64,000 bases of DNA, from NCBI GenBank assembly GCA_000708835.1, contig DF237040.1:62001-126000 (forward strand), in the 5' to 3' direction. The translations under genes were made by a program, and so were the position numbers. This document shows positions 49,701-62,097 of the stretch, piece after piece. The notes below the pieces were generated by a model. That model was not told where the DNA came from, made no database searches, and saw nothing but the letters and a program-made list of their open reading frames with translations. Within the stretch, counting starts at the first letter, position 1. The number at the start of each line of letters is the position of its first letter. The stretch comes from Klebsormidium nitens (taxonomy: Eukaryota > Plantae > Klebsormidiophyceae).

Positions 49701-52700
49701 GAATCTGCAAGCGAGAAGAGCGCTGGACGGGGCCCTGAGTCGGTAGTCAGTACCAGAATCAACCGCCAGAATAGCACCATGATTGCAAACACGCGCAACC
49801 GTGAGTCCTGTGAGCGTCACGAAGCAAGTCTGCAAGTCTTCGACTTCTCTTTGCACGAGAAGTTTTGGCTGCTAACCAGGCTGACTACCAGACTTGACGC
49901 TCGGGTTATTGGACAATCAACCGGGCTTTAACCTCGTTTAGCGGCTGGTCAACGCCCAAGTCTGGTTACTGGACATATAACCCGTTTCTAACCAGCCCAG
50001 AACCGTCCTTGCCTAAGGCCAAAAACTTCTGTGTTGTTGAAGCGCATCAGCGGAGGCGTACCTCTGCGAAGATCTGGTGGAGCCGATTGGTCCAGTCGCC
50101 GACCGCTCTGATGTGGACTCGCAGAAAATCATCGGACGGTGCGGATGTGATGCTGTAGGGATGCCTGCAGTCGTATGCACAATCGAACTCAAAAATAATA
50201 AATAGTAAACCGAGATGTTAATAAGGTAAGCGCACTGGGACGGGTACGTTTACTTTGGGTGTTGGTGCGGAGCAGACAGCTTTTTGGGTTAGGGTTTTCC
50301 GTGTTAGTCGGAGGTTTTCAATATCTTGGCTTGATCTTTCTTGAATGTCATCTTTGCACATACTAAGTGACTTTCTATGCAATTAGATTGTTTCTTTGCT
50401 GATTTCGTGTGCGAACACGTTTAGAGACGTGGACAAGCGGGCCGACACCAGATAGACAGCCGAAGACTGCTGGGTTTTCTATCCCGCTTTTCAGCATGAG
50501 AGGTTTGCAAGAGGCGTAAAGCCCCAAGTGGCATCGGTCTTCGTCTCCCATCCAGATATTGCACAAAGTGCTCCGACGCAGTCACCCTGCTTCCCGCTGA
50601 AGTGACTCGAAACTCTCGCAATCCCAGAACGACAATTCTCCTTCAATGGTTCCCGTATAAACTCGCACCCAAGATGTTGCACGGCCAGTCTCAAATTCAT
50701 TAGGTGCAGAAATTACCGAAGTCGCGATAACCATACTCCCCGCCTTTGTGGTAAGTATCCAACACCTCGTCGAAAGCAAGCATCTTGGTACGAGGTTCAG
50801 GGGCCCGGGATTGATAACTCACCACTCGAAGGCCGACACCTGTGGGCACTGCAGAAAGAGGTACTGGCCCGCCCGGTAGTTGAACCCCGGGGGCTTGGTC
50901 ATGGTCAAGCCGAGCACGCCACCGGGGAACATCTCCGCCTGGGGCAAAACAATCGGGCGATATGTTTGCCTCCCTTGTTGACGTTACATGTTCCGAATCG
51001 AAAACGCATTTTTGTTTGCAATCCTATTGGCCGAAACCCTTACCAGATTGACCGCATGACCGAGATCAAAACTTGAGCGACTAACCCCCATACTAATCCA
51101 GAAAGGTTCCCTGCTTCGAAAACGTTGAATCGTTCACCACATACCAAACCCTTCATCGCAAAGTTTCCAAAGGGGAGGACATTCTAGTTACAAGGTACGA
51201 AGAGGTAGTCAACCAAACTCGTCACAGAACTTAGCATCAATGAATACAGAATCGTAACTGGGGTGAGCATCAACATAACCATAATCTACCCAGCAGAACA
51301 CTTGGGATCATCTCAAGAATTAGCCAGATCCGTAGTTTACGCGATTGAAATGGATTGAAAGCAGGATTAGCAAGCAACGAGACCAGAGAGGAAGTCGTTG
51401 CCGTACCTTTGTGCAGTCGACTTGTTTGGTTTTACACCGCGCGCGGGGAACTCGTATGACACGGTCGACCGCGTATATGACCATAGGCGCCACGATCCAC
51501 AACCACGTCTGCCAAGGATCAGATTGCAGGGTGTGAGGATGGCCATGAATTTAAGCGTTGTTTATCAAAATTCAACCCGTTTGGACGCCGCTTAGGGCTC
51601 TTATACCCTATGTCCGTATGCAGCTCGATCGTGGCACGTACCCCTTCACGATAATACGTGCCTTTGAAGCAGGATCAACTTGAAGCAGAGCAAACCATAA
51701 TGATGAACGATACTGGCGGGTAAACTTCCAACCACCCTCAGCTTGAGTCAAGAGACTCCAACTTTTGACCTCTCTTTTCAGAGCGACTGTATCTAGAAGC
51801 TGTCACGTTGGTGACGTGTTTGCTGTTACAGTTCGCGGAAGCTGAACACTAGTAGCATAATCCGGTGGCTGGTGACGTAAGACCGAGAAAATTACGCCAG
51901 CCTCCAAACGGAAGCCAATATCCAAGCGGGATCTTCTAAGAGATCATTCAGAGCTTTCTTTGAAGAGATCATTCAACCTTTCTTCAAGAGATCATTAGAG
52001 CTTCTTCGAATCAATGCGGATGCAAGCAGCGGTGTCTGGCAGAGACTGTGCAAGGCTCTATTTTCATCGTATCGTCATTCTAGACGCTCACCGAGGTTGT
52101 AGGGTAGTGTCCGATGGGCCGCCTCGACCCGTGGAATATGAGGAGAGGGAACATAAGGAGCAGCAGCATATGGCTGTACCAGAACGCGTTGAAGCCGGTC
52201 AAGTGCCGCAGAAACGAGCTTCTGCGGAGCACGGAGAAAGGATTGAATAAGCTCAACGCCTCGATTTGATTGGGGTGAAGTCGTTGCCAAACGTTGCGTC
52301 GTTACACGTTCCGAACGCATCGTAAGCAAGCCGAACACGTTTCAGAGGAAATCAAAGCTTGAACGACGTCTCCGAGTACCCCTCGAGCTCTGCATTATAA
52401 GGCAACGCCCTTTCACTTTCCTGATCCCCCTCCAACACACGTCGCACATGTTAAATCTAGGGGCCCCCGCTATGAAGATTGACTGAGAAAGAGAAGCCCA
52501 TTGTAGGGTCGATCGGGAAGGGTAGGCGGCCGTTTCGAGAGAAAATGCTTCAAAGCCTGGCGAGACGAGATCACTTACTGGAGCGACGAAGCCTTTCTCA
52601 ACATGGGCAGCGCCAGTGGAAAGGAGATGAACATCAGCCCCAGAGTGATGAAGCCCAGTACGGCGGTCCGGGTCCCCAAAAAGCCCCAGTAGTTGGGCTG

Positions 52701-55051
52701 TTTCCCATCAAACTGGTCGCCCAAAAGGTCCAGAAACACCTGATGGTTTGCGGCGGCCATGCGCGGGTAGTCGCACGTGAGGTGGAGCGCCACGTGGAGG
52801 AGGGTGAAAACTAGGATGGCGAACGCTAGGAACTGCGGGAAGAAACGGTCGGTTGCCTCAGAAGTAAACCCAGTTTCAGAAGACAGACGCGAACTTCCAT
52901 GGGAAACATCTGATTCAAGGACAGATGCTCGGCATATCAATAGAAGATGATCTGAACCTGGGCGAGAGTTCCGGACGCTTTTTGGGATGACCAATCTCTG
53001 CTCATAGTTGTGGATCACGGCCCTCAGATCAGACGTCGTACGTACAGACATTGCGAACACGATCAGGGGACGATTAAGAAGCGGCGAGCTATTTTCAGAC
53101 CCACAACATTCGGACAGCTGTACAACCACTTTTTGACGCCTCGCATTTGATCAAAGCGAGAAACAGGTCTGGATCCGGAAAAAGAGTTATGGCAGACTTG
53201 AAGGAAAAAAAGCAGGAGAGCGATACGCACAACCTAAGCCTGAACCTTTTGCGATTGTCGCTTTTCGGGCGCCCGACGTTTGCAACGAAGCGAGAGGTAA
53301 GTTTGGCACCTGGTAAAGCGTGGTGGCATAATCCAACGGAAGAAACGACCGAGCCACATGCAGAACTCACGAACTCTATAGCGCTGAATACACCGCTGTT
53401 ATGGGCCCAAAAACCCGCAAGTAAAAAAGGGAAAGATCCGCACCTGATGAAACATGATGGCGTAGTCGAAGGGGAAGAAGCGGCCGAAGCGGTCCCGGAG
53501 GACCGTGCTCGAGAACCGGGACACGGGGAGCAGAATGAGCGCCATGTTCAGCTTAATCGCCTCCGCTGCGCCTTTGGCCACGCAAATGCACGGGCTGCAA
53601 GAAAGCTGGCCCAGATTAGATTTGGTTATTGGGTGTACGATTTAGAACGGCTTTAAAGGTGGGGATCAGAAGGTCCAGCCCTGCCGCATCCCAGAGATTT
53701 ATGAGCGCTATTTCAAATTGATCGCCTTCGCCATCAAGCGCTGCAGGTAGCACAGATTCGGACCAGGACGGATTAATGTGAGCTTAAAAGTCGGACGACA
53801 GCAACTTCCCCGTCCCTTTTCGAGTTGCCTCTATTCTTTGCCTCCTGTTCTGTTCGTCTTTGGTTCCTCGTCTATGCGTTCTCCGCCCTGCTCTTCATTG
53901 CCAACTGCAAGGTCTGTAAGTTCACCTTACAGTGCAGGTCAGCGCAGTCTGTTACTTAGAAAGCCACGAAAGTCTTTAAAGCAAAGGCAGCAGCAGTCTC
54001 CACTTGCGAGACCAGCTTCGAAGAGCCTCCAGACACCTTCAAATCGACCGTAAGACCTGCTTGTACGTTCTCCTCGCATTCTTCTCGGACCCGAATTGTC
54101 CGTCGAGCTTCAGTAAAAGCGATCCTTGAAAAGGGTAATGGATGCAAGCATGCCTGCTTCTCTTCCCTTGGGAATAGTACTCTGGTTTGCACATAATGTG
54201 TGACCATTGTAATCCTATTTACATTTGTGGTCCCTGTAATAGCCTCTATACAGCCGGTATATAATTGATCACGCACATACTCACCCCGTGATTTTGTACT
54301 CTGGCTCGTCCATGTACGCCAGATACTTGTACACAAACAGTGCGCAGTTCGCCGCCAGCCACAGCAGCAGAACGACGACTTGCTGCCGTCGGTTTGTCAA
54401 AAAAACCGCCAGCTGAGCCCAGCCCCCCCTCAGTTTGGTCGACGCCTCCGTCTCTCCCCCCTCGTCCACCGCTTGCTGCGACCCCCCCGGAGAGCTGCCT
54501 AAGCCCCCCTCAGCGAAACCTCTTCTAGAAGGGACGACTTCGATTGACCGGCTGTCCTTTTTCAAGATCCGAGTGACGTCCGAAATGGGTGACGCTTCGT
54601 CCGTCTCTGCAGGAATAGTGGGCGAGCGGACAGGATATGCAAACCCCGACATCGACGCGAATCTCTGCTTCTCCTCCCCCCCCGCCCCGTCCCAGCCGGG
54701 AGTCCCCCCCGAAAAGGAAGCGACCCTCCGCGCGTCTGCGCTATGGTCCGGCGTCGACAGAATTTTCTCGACCGTCTCGATCTGATTCCGGAGGTGGGGG
54801 AAAATCCCGACCTCGCTTTCTCGATATTTATCTACAAGCTGATTGTTCGGCAGCTGCAACTTCAATTGCTTTGACGCGGCGAATTGCGTGAGCTTGGGGG
54901 GGGGGTTGGGGCCAAGAGCTGCGGTGATTGCGGGAAGGACTTGGAGCACCCGTCGCATCTCCGCCCGTAACAATTCCACGCGGTCGAGAGTCGGGGACGA
55001 GACGGCGCCATCTGCAAACACGCTGACATCAGCTGCTGACGATGTCGTCAT
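46704..55051 (-). CDS. RBOH: NADPH oxidase (RBOH/NOX family) without recognisable EF-hands, about 792 aa, 12 exons
   Basis: Exons 55051-54285, 53594-53444, 52832-52579, 52221-52092, 51508-51407, 50938-50823, 50164-50062, 49400-49158, 48668-48465, 47897-47775, 47488-47410 and 46810-46704 total 2379 nt. Motifs [21 protein letters not shown], heme His in FHQ..LLHVALH and [15 protein letters not shown] motif [16 protein letters not shown] motifs [11 protein letters not shown] and [20 protein letters not shown] and C-terminal KENF. Confidence 0.92.
51933..52007. repeat. ~24-bp minisatellite (AAGAGATCATT core) x3 in a NOX intron
   Basis: cttctaagagatcattcagagcttt / ctttgaagagatcattcaaccttt / cttcaagagatcattagagctt. 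Confidence 0.8.
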
Positions 55052-57092
55052 GCTTGTGTAGTCTCTTGTGTTCCGATTGTTCTGTTTGGAACATTTTTTT
55101 AATGTTCGACCCTGGGTAATCTTCTGAGGATTACTTTAAGGAGAGGGAGGCAATATGAGCAATGGAGCTACTTTGAGCAGGTTGAGGAGGGGCTCAATCA
55201 GACAGTCTGGTCTGTGAGAAGCTCTCTTAAAACTAACTGGAGAAAATCTAGCAAGCTGTGCCAAGCACCCTCTTGAGCAAGAATTAACAGCTGCATGCTG
55301 CTTTGAGTGGTTGGCATTACTGGGTTACCCAACAAGAAGCAAAACCTCTGATTATACATTCTTCTTGAGTTCTCATGTAGGACTGGAATCAATTGCGTTG
55401 CAGACCCAGTGTTAAGAGTCCTAGAAGAGGACTGATTCTGTGAGAGATTGGAGGCACTGGCTGATTTTCGTGGCAAATTGGCGTAATCACATGTCTGAGT
55501 TCAATCTGTGCTCTTAAGCGGACGCCAACGGATGCGCTGAGGAAATAGAACGAACTAAACTTCCTCCTTGAACAAGGTTCTGGCAAAGTGAGCCCTTTGG
55601 TTGCAAACAGGATTTGTTTGGCCAGCAGGAAACAGCAACGGGCCAAACTCGTCATGCCATGTATTTGCCGAGATTACACCTGAACACCGAAAGAGTTCTC
55701 TTGCACAAAAAATGAAAACCTGCGATAGATAGTCGAGCAACTCCTCTCACCTGTGCGGGTGCTCTTTGAAAATACTGCAGCATAAGGCTCTGAGCTGCTG
55801 GCGGCGTCCATGTTTTCTGGGAGTGCGCTCTAAAAGTCCTTGTAACCTGCTTCTGACAATGTTTTGGTATCCTGCAATGTCAGATTGGGGCGTTGAATTA
55901 GGCTTATCTTCATGAGACATATTGAGAAAGTACCAGACTGGTAAGAACAGTCAAATATGCTTCTGCTTCTTAAAGTAATCCTCTTAGGAATCGAGCACTA
56001 TTGAGTTTCTAGTTGCATTAGTTTCGGACAGTTTGGAAATCAGAGGGCTGCTGGCAGAATGGGCGGGACCGCTGCTGTCAGAGCTTGCAAGCCTATTTAG
56101 ATAACAACAGAGCGCAAAGCAATGGAGCAGCAGGGCAAGCGTTTACTTTTGTTGTTCCCATAAGCGAGCTCGGGGCCCAGATACGACGGTGAAATAATCC
56201 ATCATAGATGCAATAATTGGCGCCTGATACAGGTAGAGACAATAAGGTACATGAATTAGCAGTCATCTGCAGTAAGCAGAGAAAAGATTTGCAAACTGTT
56301 CATGGGTAGCAGCTACGCATTCGAAGGAGCCCAGATTGCAGCTCACCTGGCTGTACACTCAAACACAGACTGCGGCCCGGACGAAACCCCGCGACAAGTG
56401 CCGCTCGCTACAACTATCCTAGCAAAGCTGGCTCGAGAACTTTCAAGCGCAGCTGCCTTTAGGTGATAACTTGTTGGCTCGTGAGACTCTTGCACTCTGA
56501 AGGTGAGGCCGTCCCAGCCAAACACAAAAGGCGCGCTGCTTTACAAGTATGCAGCGGGCTCGCAATCTGATTACTTTTGATCTCCCACCTCCAGTGAAGC
56601 CCGGATTGCAGAGCCTCTAGAAGTGCCTTTCAAAGCTTGAGACTCCCTATTGACACTTGACTAGCACAAATTCCTCTACTTGAATAAAGAATTTTATGCA
56701 GTGCTCAAACAGAACACCACAGCACCCAGTCACGGTACTAGCCCTGCCGGACGTCCCACCAAGATCTAAGATAGGTTCACTCCTGTCTTCCAGAGAGACA
56801 TTGAGTATAGGTGTATGCGGGAAGCTGCCTTACTTCATAGGCCCTCAAAGCATCATTCAGCTGATCATCGGCGCACGATCAACAAACCAAATGTAATCTC
56901 TCTAAAGTACATCTACAGCTTCTTCCGCCGCCTGGTTTTGAAAGCACAGCAGAGCAGACAAACGGACTAGCAGCCGTCTGCCTGCTGTATCAGTCAACGG
57001 CATGGGACTCCCTTTAGAAGCACGCCAAAGTGTCGCATCGCCTGGTACCTCCTCTCTGAGCAAAAATCTGAACGAGCTTGGCATCTCTTTGA

Positions 57093-57220
57093 AGTACCTA
57101 GGTAGGTAGGCCAGTACCGTACCTACTACCTACCTACCTAGTACCTAGACTGTAGCATACCAATTACCGGTAGTACCTACGGTTGTAACGGTACCATTCT
57201 GGTACCTGTACTCAGTACGG
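57093..57220. repeat. GTAC/CCTAC-rich low-complexity tract with a 13-bp inverted repeat
   Basis: ctaggtaggtagg (57098-57110) pairs with cctacctacctag (57129-57141). Many GTAC words are present. Confidence 0.75.
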
Positions 57221-59683
57221 GACTGGCCAAATCGTGGCCTGATTTACAACATGCTACCGCAACCTTCCGGTTGGCCGGGAAGGGTGACGTTGAGTGACGT
57301 CAGAAGTGGCATGAGCTGCTTATCTGGCGGCTTGCAATTGGCGATCTGCCCTGTGACGCAGGAAAAATCTCCCACGACGTCAGCGGTAGTAGACGTCATG
57401 TGGTCAGTATCAAATGACGGGGATTTGCATATCTGGCAGCGAGATCGTGGGAGGGATTTTGGGCCTCGAGTTCACCGTCACGCATGCTGAGAGCAGGGAA
57501 CCGTCGATTTCTTCAATCGGCGGTCCAGAAGCCCTTCCGAAGCGCGCCTCCCCTTCCGCTCGTGGGCGTCGATGGCCGGATACAGCAAGGATCATGTTGC
57601 AATCGATCGGTAAGCGTTTCGAAAAGATGGGTGCTTCCGTGACAGCATTAGGACCTACCGGTACTACCTATGCAGATTTGGCTACGCTTGAGTCGAGAAC
57701 GTCATCCTCTGCGTTTTCACTCAATTCTGTTCGTTGTGGCAAAAGGGTGAGTGAGACTGTAATCGCGCGGCAACTTGAATATATGAACAAAATTTGCTTC
57801 CATTTGGCTCGCAAGCTGGAGGAGCCAACACGTCTTATACTTTCTGCTGGATTTCCGGCAGCAACTCGCGTTACAAGGATTCCGTACGTGCTTAACAGAG
57901 AACGTCGGCAAGTTTTGACCCAGAAAACTGTCCACCGATTCTTGCACGATTCTTGTTGGCGACAGCGTTCAACGGAGTCTTTCTGATGCCTTGCCGAACA
58001 ATTCAATCGAGACATGATGACGTGCAGCGTAGGATCCCGCTTTTGTCATTTAGTGACGCAGCTCCTTCAAAAAGCTGGCCTCCATTGAACGAGTGTTATT
58101 AGATTGCTTCGAAAGCACGATCACTAGAAGAGGCTCTCTGTAGGAGGGCTTCTCGTAATTTTGAGACCTCAATGCAAGGAGACTCTTGCTTGATTGCTTG
58201 ACAGCAAGTGGCGAGTTCCTCACCGTGAATAGATATGTACGATGAGATGTTCGATGCAGACCCGGGTGATCACTAATTGATGGAAAAGAGGCGCCAGTGC
58301 TCTGAGCCCTAACCCAAGGATAACGAAACCAAAGCGATCGAAGTTGGTTTCGCCCTCTCCCATCAGGTCTGAAAGCAGGTTCCATAATCACAGGACCAGG
58401 GTTGCTGGGCGTCGAGACAAACTGAGCTCTGTTAGATGTTCTCTTCAGGGTCTTCATGTCTCGAACGGCTTCTGACGTCGGAGAACGATGCCAGAGAGAC
58501 GGATTCGCTGCCGGCTGAGTCTCCTACCTCCACATTGTTGGGTTACTTGCAACTTGCCAGGCTTTCCATTACCATTCAAGAATGCTCCGGAATCTAGGGT
58601 TGGCCTTTGCTTCAGATTGAGCCGATCTGTAAATCGAACTTCCAATCGCCAACGTCATCACTTACAACCCTAGCCTGGGCTCTTGCACATAGACCAGAAC
58701 TTGTGCCGAAATGAAATCTAGTTTCGATGGCAGCCCACGAAAGGTCCATCCTTTCGGTACATTTGGGTTCGTCAAACTAAGCGGCAACCGCCACTGCGTG
58801 TCTCGGTGCTCACGAAGCAACAAGGTTCTCTCTAAGCAGCAAGGTGACGTTGCCAGTTGAACGATCGTATGAACTTTCCTCGTTATCCCTCAAAATCCCG
58901 TACTGGGCAGCATGGGTTTTCTTTGGACATACTGACTCACCTGACTCCCGGGTTCTCTTGTCGCACCATTCATCTTTCCAGAGTCTCTCGTCAGATGCGA
59001 ATTCGGCCACCGAAGACCCACAAACAGTAGCTCAAACCGTTTCGTTTGGGTTGTGCGGGCGTGTTAAACGTGTGATGCTACAGTAGGCTTTCTGTAGGTT
59101 GTAGTTTCACAAGACACGGTGTCTGAGCGGCGCGACACCAGCAGATTAAGCAGTGCACTACTTTGGAATTGAACGAGGCGTCAGGAGGAACGCAGTAAGC
59201 ACATGATTCTGCTCATGATTGAACATCGCGGTTCGTCTTATGTTTCAGAGATCCTGCCCTATAAATCCGAGGCGAGGGCACGCTCGAGGCACCACGGGAA
59301 AATGACGCATAAACATATCTCGCAAGAAGCGGAACCGCTTCTTGAGAGTCCATCGAACCCGAGAAAAGACCTCGAGGAGGAACAACCTCGGAAAAGAGGA
59401 TCTTGGGAGGAAGAGGGACGTCAAATGATTCGGAAGAACGGGCGACGACGGCCGAGGTTGGGGCGGCAAACTGGGCAGGAATTGCGCCACGTTAGTCCCG
59501 CATTTCCAAATGGAGCCTTGTCCGTCTAAGATGCTTCCCTCAAGATTCCTTGCCCAAAGATTCGTGGCGTAACTGTGCTGCAGACCTGGTTTTGCTGGCG
59601 CTTCAAGGCCCGTTTCAGACAGGCACAATCAACTCAACTCTGTGACTGTCCCTCACTCTCCATCTGATCTGCTCGCTCACGAG

Positions 59684-59690
59684 TATAAAA
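59684..59690 (+). promoter_or_regulatory. TATA box of the FAS1 gene
   Basis: TATAAAA about 125 nt upstream of ATG 59812, followed by a pyrimidine-rich leader. Confidence 0.6.
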
Positions 59691-59811
59691 CCCTCGCTGC
59701 TTTCTCCATTTTCTCATTCGCCAGTTCGCGCAAGTCGCCTCCAAACCCTCAAAAGCTCTGCCAAACAACCCGCACTCTCTCTCTACCTCACCTACCCCCC
59801 TTCCCGGAACA

Positions 59812-62097
59812 ATGGCTTTCCTTCGCCCAGCTTTCCTGGTTCTCCTATTCGCTCTCTCCGTTTCTGCCGGGCGCTCGGAGCCCCCCAAAAAGCCCTACCT
59901 TGTTCAGGGGGGGGGTCGCATCGGCCAGGGGGTGATCGTCAAGGCTGCTGAAGCTAGGCCCCTGCCGATCCCCTACCCCCCTTACGTAGTGGGGGGGGTC
60001 CCCACTCCCTTCGAGGAGCTGTTTGAGAAGGTGGTCAAGGCCCTGGTGGCAAAAGGGAAATTCACCATTCTGATCGAGATCATCACTGTGAGTTTTCTTT
60101 CCTTTGATCTACTTTGACCGTCAGGAACTTGGCTCTGATTGCTTTCTCAAAAAGTCGTGTCTGCCCACTTGTTTCTGACCCTTGCTAAGATGGTGATGTG
60201 CTTAATTAAGCTTTGTGAGTGTTGGAGATACAGCTTCGTGACTGTGATCAGAGAAACAGCCCAGCTGTCTTGATTAATTATACCGCTTCTTCCGAGATAT
60301 GAAAGAGTGTCTTTTTGGTGCTCATGAGACGTGTAGAGCTGACGTCCTGCTTCACGCCGGGCTGATGCTGTAAGCTTGCTCGTCTGCTTCCAATCCAAAA
60401 CGTTGTCAAGTCCAGCCTTTTTCTTTCACTCGGTAGTACATCTCCTCGCCACAGACTGCTTATAAACCGTAAAGCTCCTCTCCTTGCCCTGCCCCGATTT
60501 GCTGCTCCGGCCTCCGTTTTAATCTTGAATTGAGTCGTTTTTTGCTCGGTCCCCTGAATCCAATCTAACAAGGATTATTTTCCTTATCTATCCATTTTGC
60601 AACCCGGATGCAAAACCAGACTCCCGATTCACAAACTTTGCATCCGGTTCAATGTCCCGGCCGCAAGACCAACTTCAGCAGGTGTCTGTCCGCTCTTATA
60701 AACTGCAATCTCAAAGGCGCTGAAGACTATAGTCTCTTTTTCAAAGGAGCCTGGGGGGTGGCTCTTCGCATTTCTGTTTCTCCATTCACTCACCCGACTC
60801 GTTTCCCGGGACGTTGCAGAAGTATATCGACACCAAGGCTCTTCTCGTCTTGGTGGAGAAGGCCGGCCCGGCGACCCTGTTCGCGCCCACCGACGAGGCC
60901 TTCTCCAAGATCCCATACGAGATCCTGGAGGGACTCAAGGAGCGCCCCGAGATCCTGATCAAGCTCATCGCGTATCACTTCGTCAAGGGCGTATTCCCCG
61001 CGAAGGTGGGCGGGATTGATGTTTGGGGGTTTCCTTTTGATCCAAGGATTGCACTAAAGTAGAGGGAACTTCTGATCTTTAATCCTCTGGTTATTTCGGT
61101 TGCGTTCGAGTCGCGAAGTGATCGCTTCCACTGTATATATCAGCTTGAAATCACTTGTAGCGGCATTCTATCGAGCGTTCATGCTTTCCGGCTAGAGGGG
61201 TGTCAGCAGAATAAGAATCGAAGTTTTCCGTCCAATGTTTTTGGTGTAGCCCCTGTTTTCTCGAAGTTCAGCCCGCTTGTATTCTAGCTCTCGCAACCTT
61301 GTTTTGTCAACGCGGGGCGTGGGCTGTCTTTAGTTTTGCACCTGTGTCAGACGCTTGTATCTTCTGCTCAGCCCCTGCGAATTGACATCATGAGACTGAC
61401 CGCACCTTTTCTTTGATTTTGCAGGAGCTTCTTTCCCGCCCCAAGACCGCCCTCAAATCCATCCTCGAGATCGATATTACGGAGATTGATATCACCATCA
61501 AGAAGGCCGTCGTCCTAGTTGGCGTCGGCAAGGTCCTGGCCAAGGTGACGGAGGCTGATGTCATCGTTGTGGAGGAGAAAGTGGTGGTGCACGCCATCGA
61601 CTTCGTCATCGCGCCGCCCAACTTCGTCATCTTTGCGGGTGAGTGACGTTATTCTGGAAGCAAGGTGACCTGAAAGCTCCCATGATCTGGTTGATACGCT
61701 CTTCTTTGATTCTGGCGCAGCTTTTAGAATAGTGAGAATTCAGGTCTTCACTCTTCCAAATTCACGGATGCGTATCAGAGCTAGGATTTTGACCTATGGA
61801 TCCTTCCTGCATCAGAGAATTGTTTCGGGTTCCTTGTTGAAAAGCGGGGAACAGATCCAAATGCTTTTTCTTCAACTTCTTTGTTTCTTGTGACTTTCTT
61901 GTCCGATACTTACCAGAGCTTCGATATGAGATATCGATTGACTACATCCGAAGATACAAACTGAGCAGCCAACATCTGATTGAAAGTCGATCTGACCGAA
62001 TAAAAGCATACCTGACGTCCCTTCTTTCCGTTTTCGCTCTGCAGCTGCCGTCAAGAAGGAGGTTGTCGTGGTCAAGAAACCCGGCTATAACAATTAG
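59812..62097 (+). CDS. Secreted single-fasciclin (FAS1) domain protein, 242 aa, 4 exons
   Basis: Exons 59812-60087, 60820-61005, 61425-61638 and 62045-62097 total 729 nt. Signal peptide MAFLRPAFLVLLFALSVSA. FAS1 H1 TLFAPTDEAF, YH motif and H2 VVHAIDFVIAP. Confidence 0.88.

Noticed and set aside
57414-57986. 190-aa ORF
   Set aside because: No motif, no convincing splice partners, and composition unlike the real exons.
58330-58385. MEPAFRPDGRGRNQLRSL resembles the start of exosome subunit RRP46; DGSLLSAC at ~57490 resembles DDGSLLPC
   Set aside because: I found no GSASW, VYGP or other core RNase PH motifs and no spliceable exon chain between them. Probably chance.
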